Virus record (IMG/VR): IMGVR_UViG_3300012038_000026
Location: 1 to 37,393 of that record
Strand: one strand, 5' to 3'
Length of the DNA: 37,393 nt
Source of the DNA: a virus
Taxonomy: Duplodnaviria > Caudoviricetes
The position numbers and the translations under genes were made by a program. The notes below the pieces were generated by a model. That model was not told the origin of the DNA and did no database searches. It worked only from the letters and a program-made list of their open reading frames with translations. Below are positions 17,926-27,557 of this stretch, in pieces (the first letter of the stretch is position 1; the number at the start of each line of letters is the position of its first letter).

Positions 17926-18119
17926 CAGTACAAACAAGCATCCGTTGTGATGACAGTGTTACGCAGCCTACCTGCTACATTAGTGTCAGTGATACGCTTC
18001 GTCGTATTGATCCTACCACCAATGCAAGCATCAGCGGCTAGCTCTAGCTGCGTGCGCTCACGCCATGTCCAACAACCACCGAGTAGCACGCATATACTGA
18101 GTATAGACAAGCTACGCAT
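17925..18119 (-). CDS. Small lipoprotein (o-spanin or exclusion-protein candidate)
   Basis: Signal peptide MRSLSILSICVLLGG-C with a lipobox; overlaps both neighbours. Confidence 0.6.
   Translation of the reverse strand: MRSLSILSICVLLGGCWTWRERTQLELAADACIGGRINTTKRITDTNVAGRLRNTVITTDACLY
18091..18107. repeat. Dispersed palindrome copy 5 (core TATACTGAGTATA at 18093-18105)
   Basis: Read directly; just inside the 5' end of the lipoprotein gene. Confidence 0.7.
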
Positions 18120-18285
18120 GTATCACGAAGCCGAACACTTTCCAGCCAAGCAAGAACAGCAGCACGAAGAACAGCAGTGTGCTAGCATGAATAGCCCACG
18201 GCCATTGTCCCGGTGCATACGTCGTACCGAGCCATGAGAAGAACCACAGCACCATCAGCACCCAGAAGAGTAAGCCGATTGACAT
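18112..18285 (-). CDS. 57-aa two-TM membrane protein (holin candidate); not in the ORF track
   Basis: Manual translation MSIGLLFWVLMVLWFFSWLGTTYAPGQWPWAIHASTLLFFVLLFLLGWKVFGFVIHA; GGAGG RBS at 18292-18296. Confidence 0.75.
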   Translation of the reverse strand: MSIGLLFWVLMVLWFFSWLGTTYAPGQWPWAIHASTLLFFVLLFLLGWKVFGFVIHA

Positions 18286-18295
18286 GACGTTCCTC

Positions 18296-18484
18296 CTATT
18301 TGCACTTCTGTATTACTTCAGACAACAACTTGTCACGCTCAGTAGCACGCGATGCTACACTGTAGAGAGTGAAGCCTACTATCACCATGCACAGCAAGTT
18401 GATCACAACAACAGCGAGCGTGATAGGCTGGCTCTTCAACGCCTCCGCTACAGTGTGAGCAGCTTTGCCTGATGCTTGGATCAT
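18296..18484 (-). CDS. Single-TM membrane protein (lysis-associated candidate)
   Basis: Hydrophobic ITLAVVVINLLCMVIVGFTLY; ATGA overlap with the upstream gene. Confidence 0.7.
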   Translation of the reverse strand: MIQASGKAAHTVAEALKSQPITLAVVVINLLCMVIVGFTLYSVASRATERDKLLSEVIQKCK

Positions 18485-18672
18485 GTTGGCGGCGGCAGTG
18501 TTCGCAGTGTCAGCTCTACTTCATCAGGGTCTAACGCTACATTGCCTTCATCAACCCACGCTAGATAGAGCAAGTAATCAGCGTTGCCTAAGTCAAGCGG
18601 AATGACAGCTTCATCGCTCAAGCGCCTGATAGTGCCGTGCACTGTGATCATGTATTTAGGTTCAGCCATCAC
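18481..18672 (-). CDS. Tail-fibre-associated small protein (chaperone-like), paralogue of 19840-20199
   Basis: IRRLSDEAVIPLDLGNADYLLYLAWVDEGN versus [29 protein letters not shown]. Confidence 0.7.
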   Translation of the reverse strand: MMAEPKYMITVHGTIRRLSDEAVIPLDLGNADYLLYLAWVDEGNVALDPDEVELTLRTLPPPT

Positions 18673-18677
18673 ATCAC

Positions 18678-19835
18678 CTAATATATTGGCATCTCAGCAT
18701 CAGCTATCCAACCAGAGTTTGCGTTCATGAACCAGTAGCATACTAGTGCGCCTGTTTGTGATTGGAAAATGCCAGCATGTGATCTCGCTGGCTGTATACT
18801 GAACGAGTTTGTTGTATTGTTAGGTGTATATGAGCCGAAGTATGACACAGTAGGCGTTGCACGCTTCGTCACTTGATACAACCAATCCCAAATAGGATTG
18901 CAACCATTGTTGATAGCGAAGATTGATTGGCTTGCTGCCTCGTTGTCAGTACGTTCGTAGTAGCGCATACACCTGTGCATCTCTAATGCTCTATCAGGCG
19001 GGATGAATGGTGTTGCTACTGAACCTTCTTCAAGTTTGACACCTGTCATGTAGAGATCGAATGCAGCAGCTGGTGGAACGTCCAAACGAATGCGTACACC
19101 GCTGGTGTTTGGAGTAGTACCTAGTGTCTTGCCTGCAATGCTACCGATGTTGAAGACAGCTTGAAAGCGTTGCCACGTTGTTGTAACAGCAAACGTGTTG
19201 TTTCCTACAAGCGTAGCAACATCGCTAGCAGACGGTGAGCCACCTAGGCCAAACTGGCGGTCGAGGCTTACAGACATGGTGAAGTTTGCAGCACCTTTAG
19301 CATAGAACGATATTGTCATCGTCTTGTTAGCGAACTTTGTAATGTCCTCAACCAGCTGCAACAGGCGGCGGAATGAGCTACCACCTGAACCAGTCTGGTT
19401 CCAGCGTAGACATACGCCAAAGTTTGCTAGCTCATTAGCAGCAAGCGGTGTCTGTGAAATCGTGTAAGTACCAACACTGCCATCGAATGATGTGAAGTAG
19501 CGATCTAATGTATACGTGCCTGATGCCACGTTTGAGAATGAAGTAGCACGCTGTGCAACATACATATCACCGTTGATTGCGTAGTTGAAGCCACCACCAG
19601 CGGCACCATCGACATATTGCTTAGTAGCAGCTTCCAACGCTGCAGTAGGATCGGCTGGTAGCACTAGTGCGCCAGTCATAGTGTCGCCAGCTTTAGCAAC
19701 AAACACACCGCTAGTGCTGCTGATACCAGTGATCCACTTCTCACCGTCCCATGTGTAAGTAGGCACACCTTCTACAGGTGTAGTAGGATGCTTCTGACCT
19801 ACAGTTAGTGGTGGACCGGGGAAGTCGATAGCCAT
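18678..19835 (-). CDS. Second tail fibre / receptor-binding protein
   Basis: MAIDFP...YTWDGEKW adaptor; VAKAGDTMTGAL..PADPT..LEAATKQYVD fibre repeat; INGDM.VAQR...GVKLEEGSVATPF...EMHRCMRYYE carbohydrate-binding-like module. Confidence 0.8.
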   Translation of the reverse strand: MAIDFPGPPLTVGQKHPTTPVEGVPTYTWDGEKWITGISSTSGVFVAKAGDTMTGALVLPADPTAALEAATKQYVDGAAGGGFNYAINGDMYVAQRATSFSNVASGTYTLDRYFTSFDGSVGTYTISQTPLAANELANFGVCLRWNQTGSGGSSFRRLLQLVEDITKFANKTMTISFYAKGAANFTMSVSLDRQFGLGGSPSASDVATLVGNNTFAVTTTWQRFQAVFNIGSIAGKTLGTTPNTSGVRIRLDVPPAAAFDLYMTGVKLEEGSVATPFIPPDRALEMHRCMRYYERTDNEAASQSIFAINNGCNPIWDWLYQVTKRATPTVSYFGSYTPNNTTNSFSIQPARSHAGIFQSQTGALVCYWFMNANSGWIADAEMPIY

Positions 19836-19839
19836 TGCA

Positions 19840-20199
19840 CTACTCCGCAGGCGGTGTTTGTTGCGCTTGCAGCATTGCTACAAATGCATCGCTTAGTATC
19901 TTCGCTTGCAGCAGGAATTGTTGGAAGTTCGCGGCGCTCAATCCAGTGGGTATGAGATGCAATGTATCACGCACATTCTGTGCAGCAGTGATAGCAGCAC
20001 TAATGCCAGCATCAATACGCACATTGGCATCTACAACAGGCGGCACAGGTGGTGGTACTACATAAGGATCAGGCACACCACCATCTGCTAGCCACTCATT
20101 GTACTCAGCGCGATCACGATTGGCTGGATCATTTGGTATGTACGCACTATCACTAGTGCGGATCACAGCGTCGGTGTCGGTGAGTTGATACTCAGCCAT
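19840..20199 (-). CDS. Tail-fibre-associated protein (chaperone-like)
   Basis: Start reassigned to ATG 20199 (TGATG overlap); [24 protein letters not shown] motif commonly follows fibre genes. Confidence 0.7.
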   Translation of the reverse strand: MAEYQLTDTDAVIRTSDSAYIPNDPANRDRAEYNEWLADGGVPDPYVVPPPVPPVVDANVRIDAGISAAITAAQNVRDTLHLIPTGLSAANFQQFLLQAKILSDAFVAMLQAQQTPPAE

Positions 20200-22802
20200 C
20201 ACAACCTCGCATCCGCGATAGAATTTGCAGCTATTACAGCAAATTGAGAAGAAGCTGTTTGGTTGAGGCCAGTATAATCCACACAAGTAAAGACAGGGGT
20301 TCCAGCACTGCCAGCACCCCAATACATCGTTGGAGTAGCACGCTTTTGAACCTTAAAGAACCACGTTGTGGCAGATGCATAAGTGCCTGCTGGTGTCGTT
20401 TGCAGACCAGCCAATGTTTTTTCATAATACCGCTGACACGTCAGCAACTCCTCACCATACGGACGCATGAGCAGCGGCGATTGTGCAGCAGCAATAGTGT
20501 GAGTGCCGGGGAGGACGACAACGCCTGTAAAGCGGCATGCGTTATTCGCGTCCGCGACACCATTAACTTGTGTAGATGCACAGAAGAGATTGCCAGCTAC
20601 CCAAGTGTTCGGAGATGCAAACCAACTACTTCCAGCAGCCATCGTAAAGTATACATGCAATCCTGTCGTGTTATCCGCTGTCCATGTACCAGTTACATCA
20701 CCTGGAATTGTGACGGTGTTATATTGAGGGACGTTTGCAGCGGCCTGAGTGTATGTGGTGATGTATGCACGGGTGTTACCACCATTCGCTACAGATACGC
20801 TGTAAACTCCGGGTTTGGTGTGATTTGTCCAAAATCCTATGGTGATAGGTTGAGCATCTGCCGCGCCCCACCCTAGTTTAGCAATGCGAAAACCTTCAAT
20901 CCGCTGATACAGGATGACATAATCACTAGCAGCGAGAGATGCTTTTGCTGTTGTTATGGCCGTGTAAGCGAACCATCTAAATGGTTGTCCGAATGATGAT
21001 CCAGCTGCTAATTGACCGCCTGTTATAGTGATGCTAATGCTCGATGCAACCAACCAACCATCACAAACATAACCGTTAGTCGTTCTACCAGCTGCGCCGA
21101 TTTCCTGACTAATCTCCATCCCACCGTTGATCTGCATACCATTAGCAGCAAGTGCACTAATAGGTGTAGCTTCAACCTTAGTAACAAGCATCGACGTATC
21201 AGGCACAGGTACAGCAGGCACCCACTGCGACGTGTTGCCGTCATTGTAGTACAGATACAGATTGCCCTTATCACTCTCCCACCACAGCGTGCCAGCAGTA
21301 GCACCAGCGGGTGGTGTATCACTGACGATGATCTTCGCACCAAGCGCGATTGCAGCATCTACATACGCAGTCGTTGCAATGCGCGTGCTGTTGTTATTAG
21401 CACTAGCTGTTGTTGAAGTGGGTGAGCCTGTGAGTGCTGGTGATGCTAGCGGCGCTTTAGCAGCGAGGTCTGTAATTAGGTCAGTGACATCACCTTGCGC
21501 GTGTGTATGAGCAAAATCAGTGATGTCAGCTTTCACATGCGTGTGCGTTGCAGCTGCACGTGATGTATCAGTTGGATGCTTATGATCCTCGCGTGCATAC
21601 TTAGTAGCAATACCAACAGCAGCAACGCCGTCCATCAGCGGCACGACTGTAGCAGCTGGCACAGTAATAGCGTCTACGTACTCTTTAGTAGCACCGTGTG
21701 TAGGGCTAGCTGGTGCAGCAGTGAGGAGGATTTGGTTGAACGTCGGTGTACTAGTGTCACCTACACCTAGATTAGTTCTAGACGTTGCTTTGTTCTCAAC
21801 GTCATTGAGGTTCTCAGTAGACACCATGTCACCGCCACCAGTGCCACTGATACCAGCGTCACCAGTACGCATGAATGCTACTAGTATGTCATCACCGTTA
21901 GCGAGTGAGCCACCATGTGTAATTTGTGTGACAGGCACCTCTTGCCACGTGCCATTGTCAGTGACAGGACCGTTGACAGTCAACACCATGAAGTTCGCAG
22001 GTGAGTCTTCACGGCGTAGGTACAAGCTACCCCTAGACGTTGTATTAGTGCTATCATCCCACGATAGCGTCCACGGCGACACATCAGGATTGCCCGGATC
22101 ACCGCTGAAGCTGCTGATGTAGACGCGCGTTATGAGATTAGGATCGTGTGAATTGAACTTAATGTTGCCAGCTAGTGGATCAGATGATACAGTGTTGTCA
22201 TCATACGTCCACTTGAATGAACTCTGAATGGATGTAGCTTCATCAGCTGCAGCCTGCGCTATATCAGCGGCAGCTTCTGCATCAGCGGCGTCTTGTGCAG
22301 CTTCAGCAGCGGCAGTGTTGACAGTATCTACAGCAGCCGTAGCATCAAACACCTGCGCCCACGGCGGGTCTGCAAACACCGCACCGGATGTGTGATGCTC
22401 AGTACACAAGTAGTAGCGATACTCATCTACATATACAATGTCACCCATTGCATACGCAGTGTTCGCTTGCCACTGTCCACGGAACAGAGGCACGCCAAGT
22501 ACTTGTACTGTCCAATATGTGGGATTGGCTGCACGCTCGTCAGCGAATGAGCCTGTTGCAGCGCTTGTATGTGATACTAAGCAACGATATAAATCACCGC
22601 TTTCAACTTCAAAAACACGATCACCTTCTACATACATAGTAGAGTTGAGCCACTCACCTTTAATAGGTGGAGTGCCCAACTGTGTGAACATGTTATCAAG
22701 CTGTGACCAGTTCGCATACTCTAATGTATGCCAACGTGGTGTGTCGAAGTTTATGAGTTTGAAGTTATAGTTAGGTGTGTAACCACGTATGTTACCTACC
22801 AT
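20199..22802 (-). CDS. Major tail fibre protein
   Basis: N-terminal anchor, two W..ntaY..GD.V repeats, fibre motifs ([24 protein letters not shown] repeats, [21 protein letters not shown]), C-terminal [10 protein letters not shown]...[11 protein letters not shown] module. Confidence 0.85.
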   Translation of the reverse strand: MVGNIRGYTPNYNFKLINFDTPRWHTLEYANWSQLDNMFTQLGTPPIKGEWLNSTMYVEGDRVFEVESGDLYRCLVSHTSAATGSFADERAANPTYWTVQVLGVPLFRGQWQANTAYAMGDIVYVDEYRYYLCTEHHTSGAVFADPPWAQVFDATAAVDTVNTAAAEAAQDAADAEAAADIAQAAADEATSIQSSFKWTYDDNTVSSDPLAGNIKFNSHDPNLITRVYISSFSGDPGNPDVSPWTLSWDDSTNTTSRGSLYLRREDSPANFMVLTVNGPVTDNGTWQEVPVTQITHGGSLANGDDILVAFMRTGDAGISGTGGGDMVSTENLNDVENKATSRTNLGVGDTSTPTFNQILLTAAPASPTHGATKEYVDAITVPAATVVPLMDGVAAVGIATKYAREDHKHPTDTSRAAATHTHVKADITDFAHTHAQGDVTDLITDLAAKAPLASPALTGSPTSTTASANNNSTRIATTAYVDAAIALGAKIIVSDTPPAGATAGTLWWESDKGNLYLYYNDGNTSQWVPAVPVPDTSMLVTKVEATPISALAANGMQINGGMEISQEIGAAGRTTNGYVCDGWLVASSISITITGGQLAAGSSFGQPFRWFAYTAITTAKASLAASDYVILYQRIEGFRIAKLGWGAADAQPITIGFWTNHTKPGVYSVSVANGGNTRAYITTYTQAAANVPQYNTVTIPGDVTGTWTADNTTGLHVYFTMAAGSSWFASPNTWVAGNLFCASTQVNGVADANNACRFTGVVVLPGTHTIAAAQSPLLMRPYGEELLTCQRYYEKTLAGLQTTPAGTYASATTWFFKVQKRATPTMYWGAGSAGTPVFTCVDYTGLNQTASSQFAVIAANSIADARL

Positions 22803-22873
22803 TATAGCCACCATTTTTAATGTGGCTATAAAGCCGCCGCTGTCTGTTATTATACCGCTGCGCGGGCAGAAGA

Positions 22874-22902
22874 CGAATAGCACGAAATCTCGACATTGTC
22901 AA
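22874..22902 (-). promoter_or_regulatory. Putative internal sigma70 promoter for the fibre genes
   Basis: Minus strand TTGACA-17 nt-TATTCG with TGC before the -10; same architecture as 36097-36125. Confidence 0.55.
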
Positions 22903-25403
22903 CCCCTTACAACGCTTCCTTTTTGATATAAGAAGCTGATGCCACTTATTGACAACGGGCCTGTAGTAGCACCGCTGATACGTGTCTTGATGATCTTGTG
23001 CTTCACAGGTACAGTCCACAGCTTCTGCTCACGTGTGCGACGACCTGCGCCGTATACTTGCTGACCAGCACCGAATGCACCTGCTTCATTAGGCACGAAT
23101 GTGAGTGAGCGTGCTGGCATGTATTGTCCTGTTGCTGCGTCTTTATAGATGTTGTCAGCAAACACCTCTAGCTTGAATGGTGCTTCACCGTTTGCATCAA
23201 TGTGTACAAAGCGCAGCGACTTTGTGCGCTGTCTAGCACCGAAGTCAGCCCACGGTAATTCCCAATCGAACTTGATAGGCTCACCTTTGTACTCTTCCCA
23301 ACTGTCAGGTGCTAACTCACGCGCATCAGGGAAGTCACCAGCTATAGTCTGCACATCAGCTATACACTTATATACAAGTCCGTCGATGGCATCATACACG
23401 CGCTCGCCAGCGAAGTACTCTTGACCGCTCACCCATGATGCATAGTCGTACATACCAAACCAATCACCGTGCACTTGATGATCTGGTGAACCATAGCGCA
23501 TCATGTAGCCGTCTTTAGTGAACAAGAACGAACGTCCCTCAAGCGTGCCACAGCCACAGTTGAATTGCATGTTATTAGGCAGCTTGAAGCGTGACCATGC
23601 GAATAGCTTCAACTGCGGCACATAGTGATATGCGTAGCCAATAGTGCTATTCACTACAGGATCAATGCGCACATTGATGCCACCACCGCCAACTTCAGTC
23701 ATTGTTGATCCGAGTGGCAGCGTTGTACCTATAGTCATCAATATGTAGTTCTCATTCAGCACGCTCAGCACACGGCGACGACCGTTGATGAAGTTGTCTG
23801 CATCAATGCCTGCGAAGTCAGTGGCATTCGACACGTCAAGCATGTCGTTCTCTTCAAACTGATGATCATCTATACGCACGATGAGTGAGCTTTGCGTATA
23901 CTCATTCTCTGCCATGTCACTGTCGAAGTAGAATGGATTGCTTGTCAACAAGCGCGGATCATCAGCGTCGAACTTCGGCATGTAGAAGTGCACAGTGCGG
24001 TTCTTGCTGTCATAGAAGCCGAATGTCTTCAACCGCATTGTTTCTTTTTTCAACCTGCCGATGTGCTTCGACATCATCGACTCGATGTAGTTGCTCACTC
24101 GCTCATCTTGCACAGCATTGCTCACTGTGGAGAGCTTAGCAGAAGGCACACCGTTGAAGTCGATCATGAACACATCGCTGCCTATCTCCACGATAGAACG
24201 CGGTGCGTTGCTGCCGAAGCCACTCAATGTGTCTACAGGTATAGGATCGTGTGAGCCGTCTTCTAGTACGTTGCCTAGCTTCATCAATGTCGTAGCTGTA
24301 GGCGTGATGACTAGCAGTGCATCTTTAATGACTGCAAACCCGCGCACAGTCTGTTCAGGACTAGCAGTGACCTTGCTCATGTCAACGTCAACTGCATCGT
24401 TGGTAACAGCACCAGAGTCCATGCCTGTGAACAGCGTGGCAGAGTCCTTCGATGCTATGCGTATCTCTGTCTTGTGATCTGGATACGTCGTTGGTTCTGT
24501 GTCATGTATAGTGAAGTACCTGAATGCTGACTTGCATGCATCAAATGCAGGCGCAAGTGCTGCATTGTCTGGATCAGGGTCAATGAGATATATGACAGGC
24601 GGACCTACTGATGCATCACGTGTGAAGTCGATTGACAGCGGCTTGTCATGGCCATTGCTGCACACCAACTCTGCACCGAAGATGTCCTGTGCTACTAGCT
24701 CTGTATGTGACCAGCCAACAGGATTACCAGCGCGTGCATACGCAATAGCAGCGCTCCATATACGCTGCACACTTCGCTCTCTATCCACTGTGAAGATGTC
24801 ACCAGTACTTGTCCACACGATAATGAGATTGGCGAAGTAACGGCACTCGACAGGCTCACCACCCATCATGTGCGTATCTTGTACCCAATTGATTGTCTCT
24901 ACTACGCTAGTACCTATAGCTGTCGATGCCGTAGCTAGCGCGATCTCAAAGTGATCAGCATCAACGACATGTCGCACACTGTGCGTACGGTTCATCTGTT
25001 CAGGCGTCACACCGTTGAATGTCTGATCCCAACCGCTGATAGTGACGTGCTGTAGTGGCTTAGCTTCAACGAACGGGTGTCCTGCCCAATTGATAGTAAT
25101 GATGTATGCTGCAACTGGAAACACGTTAGACGTAGTGATGCTCACACTTGCGGAGCCGAATGTCTGCTCACCTTGCTTCAGCTTCAGAAACATCTCATAG
25201 CCGTTGCGCGGTCCTACACGTCTGTCTGTGTAGGTGATCATATTGTCAAACACAGGCGAGAACTTGCTAGTCAAGTTCTGCTCACTGTCTACTACGTTCA
25301 GCCCACCACCGAAGTCACGTACTGTGGTGTTCTCTAACTTCGCAGTAGGTCTTGGTTGTTTAGGACGACCGAGTGGCTTCAACTTTGTGAGCATCTGTAC
25401 CAT
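22899..25403 (-). CDS. Tail tubular protein B / nozzle-like protein
   Basis: VRDFGGGLN N-terminus, beta-rich, YVPQLKLFAWSRF, DFGARQRTKSLR; follows the adaptor gene with a TAATG overlap. Confidence 0.75.
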   Translation of the reverse strand: MVQMLTKLKPLGRPKQPRPTAKLENTTVRDFGGGLNVVDSEQNLTSKFSPVFDNMITYTDRRVGPRNGYEMFLKLKQGEQTFGSASVSITTSNVFPVAAYIITINWAGHPFVEAKPLQHVTISGWDQTFNGVTPEQMNRTHSVRHVVDADHFEIALATASTAIGTSVVETINWVQDTHMMGGEPVECRYFANLIIVWTSTGDIFTVDRERSVQRIWSAAIAYARAGNPVGWSHTELVAQDIFGAELVCSNGHDKPLSIDFTRDASVGPPVIYLIDPDPDNAALAPAFDACKSAFRYFTIHDTEPTTYPDHKTEIRIASKDSATLFTGMDSGAVTNDAVDVDMSKVTASPEQTVRGFAVIKDALLVITPTATTLMKLGNVLEDGSHDPIPVDTLSGFGSNAPRSIVEIGSDVFMIDFNGVPSAKLSTVSNAVQDERVSNYIESMMSKHIGRLKKETMRLKTFGFYDSKNRTVHFYMPKFDADDPRLLTSNPFYFDSDMAENEYTQSSLIVRIDDHQFEENDMLDVSNATDFAGIDADNFINGRRRVLSVLNENYILMTIGTTLPLGSTMTEVGGGGINVRIDPVVNSTIGYAYHYVPQLKLFAWSRFKLPNNMQFNCGCGTLEGRSFLFTKDGYMMRYGSPDHQVHGDWFGMYDYASWVSGQEYFAGERVYDAIDGLVYKCIADVQTIAGDFPDARELAPDSWEEYKGEPIKFDWELPWADFGARQRTKSLRFVHIDANGEAPFKLEVFADNIYKDAATGQYMPARSLTFVPNEAGAFGAGQQVYGAGRRTREQKLWTVPVKHKIIKTRISGATTGPLSISGISFLYQKGSVVRG

Positions 25404-26044
25404 TAGTTCCACCTATTGACAGTGCTACGAGTGGACATGATGGTGTCGAGTGGGATGTTGTGTGCTTGTCTGTTGAACTGGCTTAGTGCATCTTGAAACA
25501 AGATGCGAAACTTGTCACTCGCACCGGGATTGGTGCCATCGTCTTCTAACACATCCCAACATGTGCCTAGCAGCAATAGCTGCGTATCCATGTGTATCTC
25601 ATCGCCGTCCTGCTCGAAGTCTTCAGGCTTCGTGCGATATGTGATCCACACCTTGCCACTTGTTGTAACTGGTAGTATCTTGAACCACTTCGCTGTGTTA
25701 GTAGCGAGTGGTCTAAGTGACGGATACGAAATGTCAACATCACGCGCATTGCGTGGTGCGAGTGCGAGCGGCTTGTGTGAGCCTTCCCACATGACGCTGT
25801 GTATATCACGCCAGTCTTTGATCTTGTCTCCTAGATCACCTACGATGACACCTGATGCACCATCAAGCACATGCTCTTCTTGATATACAGTGTACTCAGG
25901 GTGCCAGTACTCACGGAATAACATGTCGAACTTGTGCTGCACTGCTAGCTGTATGCGTGGCTCAGCGTATATCTGCGCATCCAAGCCTTCAACGAGTGCG
26001 AGCCGCTGCAACACCTTCGTGACGATCTGTCCGAATGTGATCAT
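25403..26044 (-). CDS. Tail tubular protein A / head-tail adaptor
   Basis: MITFGQIVTKVLQRL N-terminus, ~213 aa, located between the head genes and the nozzle. Confidence 0.65.
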   Translation of the reverse strand: MITFGQIVTKVLQRLALVEGLDAQIYAEPRIQLAVQHKFDMLFREYWHPEYTVYQEEHVLDGASGVIVGDLGDKIKDWRDIHSVMWEGSHKPLALAPRNARDVDISYPSLRPLATNTAKWFKILPVTTSGKVWITYRTKPEDFEQDGDEIHMDTQLLLLGTCWDVLEDDGTNPGASDKFRILFQDALSQFNRQAHNIPLDTIMSTRSTVNRWN

Positions 26045-26077
26045 GGTTTGTTCCACACTCTATATATAGCAGCGTGA

Positions 26078-26108
26078 AGTCCCCTCAGTTACGCACGCTG
26101 AAGGGACT
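26078..26108 (-). terminator. Intergenic hairpin, possible terminator or attenuator
   Basis: AGTCCCcTCAG...CTGAaGGGACT inverted repeat; no clear U-tract. Confidence 0.35.
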
Positions 26109-26124
26109 ATGCTGTTGAGAACAT

Positions 26125-26340
26125 TCACACTTGTGGTTCGTACAGGTCGCTACTCTTGACGACCTTCTCACTGCCGTCTTCAAAGATGATCGTCACTTGA
26201 TCGTAGATGGTAGACAGCTGATAGCCATCATCACCTTGACGTGCTGCTCTGGTAGCTACGATCTTCTTGTCTTGATACGTAGTGCGCAGCTTCGGCGCAG
26301 CTACAGGTGCAACATACGGCTCAGCTTTCTTGTCAGCCAT
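26125..26340 (-). CDS. Hypothetical protein (71 aa)
   Basis: GAGGAG RBS; lies in the operon. Confidence 0.7.
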   Translation of the reverse strand: MADKKAEPYVAPVAAPKLRTTYQDKKIVATRAARQGDDGYQLSTIYDQVTIIFEDGSEKVVKSSDLYEPQV

Positions 26341-26370
26341 TGTAATCTCCTCTACTTGTTGATAGCAAGC

Positions 26371-26400
26371 AGCCTGCGCAGTAGTGGTACTACGCAGGCT
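26371..26400 (-). terminator. Hairpin after the head genes, possible terminator
   Basis: AGCCTGCGcAGTA-gtgg-TACTaCGCAGGCT inverted repeat. Confidence 0.45.
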
Positions 26401-26434
26401 ACCCGTTCGTACCTAGCTCTTGCACCGCTAAGTA

Positions 26435-27076
26435 CTACGCAATAACGTGCGCGCTTCCGTGCAAGTTATTGCGATCCACAACGCAAGTGAAGCGATACGC
26501 TTTCGTGCCATCGGGTGCTGCCGCTGGGGTATAAGCACCACGCGGATCACCGCTTGTGAGTGACTGTGTAACTACACCCGCCAACAAGGCACCAGCTGCA
26601 GCGGTAACATCGTTTGTCAATTCAGCAATCAAGCCAGTGTGCAGCACCTTATACGGCACACCGAGGATGACGCCAACACCAATGCTGATCGTTGCTGCCA
26701 CAGGGCTGATGACGTGTGACACGTCTTTGAACATCTTCTTACCAGTGACGACACCTGCGATGAGTGTAACACTCTCTCGCATGGCTTGGCCGAGATAGTC
26801 GTAGCCAACAATCACACCAGCACCACCGACAGTGGAAGTGACGGTGACGTTACGACCATAGCGGCCCATGATAGCATCAGTCTGTACCACTGTTGGCGCG
26901 ACGTTGCCAGCAGCAGCAAGAACGACACCGTTAGCAAGCACAGTGGCACCTGCTGCAACGCACGCAGGGATGTCAACTGTAGTGTGTCCGTCGATGCTCA
27001 CATCACTCGCGTACATGCAATCTGCAACGCGGTGACTGACACGCCGAGTGGACGGTACGGCGACTTGAACAGCCAT
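26435..27076 (-). CDS. Putative capsid decoration / minor capsid protein
   Basis: Ala/Val/Gly/Thr-rich beta protein ending in GDPRGAYTPAAAPDG, downstream of the capsid gene. Confidence 0.6.
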   Translation of the reverse strand: MAVQVAVPSTRRVSHRVADCMYASDVSIDGHTTVDIPACVAAGATVLANGVVLAAAGNVAPTVVQTDAIMGRYGRNVTVTSTVGGAGVIVGYDYLGQAMRESVTLIAGVVTGKKMFKDVSHVISPVAATISIGVGVILGVPYKVLHTGLIAELTNDVTAAAGALLAGVVTQSLTSGDPRGAYTPAAAPDGTKAYRFTCVVDRNNLHGSAHVIA

Positions 27077-27078
27077 AG

Positions 27079-27525
27079 TTATTTATCCTCTTCGTCTGTT
27101 TGCTCGTTGCTCGCAAGCAAGCGTTCGACAAGCGACGGATCGCTTTCTACTAACTTAGTCAGAACATCGAGCGCGTTCTTTTGCTTCGATGACAATGCAG
27201 CATTTGCAGGCTGCATTCCGACTGGTGTATCATCGCCGCCTTCGTACAGCAGCGGAATGAGGTTGCGGTTCAACTTGAGGCGCACAACGTCTTCGTGCGT
27301 GAGAAACACACTGTCACCGCGTAGAGTGCGCACCATGTAGCCATCAATCTCTACATCAGTAGGCACCACACGGAAGCCGATTTCGTCTTTCACAGTGCGA
27401 TTGACGACAGTCTTACGCTTCATCGGCTCGATGACGTAAGCAGGCACAGCTTGTTTAGTCTCATGCATGCTCAGCGCTTGCATGGGACGTTCTGTGAAGC
27501 TTACTGACTGTTTCTCATCTGGCAT
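27079..27525 (-). CDS. Hypothetical protein (148 aa)
   Basis: AAGGAGG RBS; directly after the capsid gene. Confidence 0.75.
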   Translation of the reverse strand: MPDEKQSVSFTERPMQALSMHETKQAVPAYVIEPMKRKTVVNRTVKDEIGFRVVPTDVEIDGYMVRTLRGDSVFLTHEDVVRLKLNRNLIPLLYEGGDDTPVGMQPANAALSSKQKNALDVLTKLVESDPSLVERLLASNEQTDEEDK

Positions 27526-27539
27526 TGCAGCCTCCTTGT

Positions 27540-27556
27540 TGTATACTCAGTATACA
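27540..27556. repeat. Dispersed palindrome copy 6 (perfect, TGTATACTCAGTATACA)
   Basis: Fills the gap between the capsid stop codon (27558) and the next RBS. Confidence 0.85.
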
Positions 27557-27557
27557 G

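Noticed and set aside
18678-21100. Diversity-generating retroelement targeting the fibre tips
   Set aside because: No reverse transcriptase and no template/variable repeat pair differing at adenines seen in the window.
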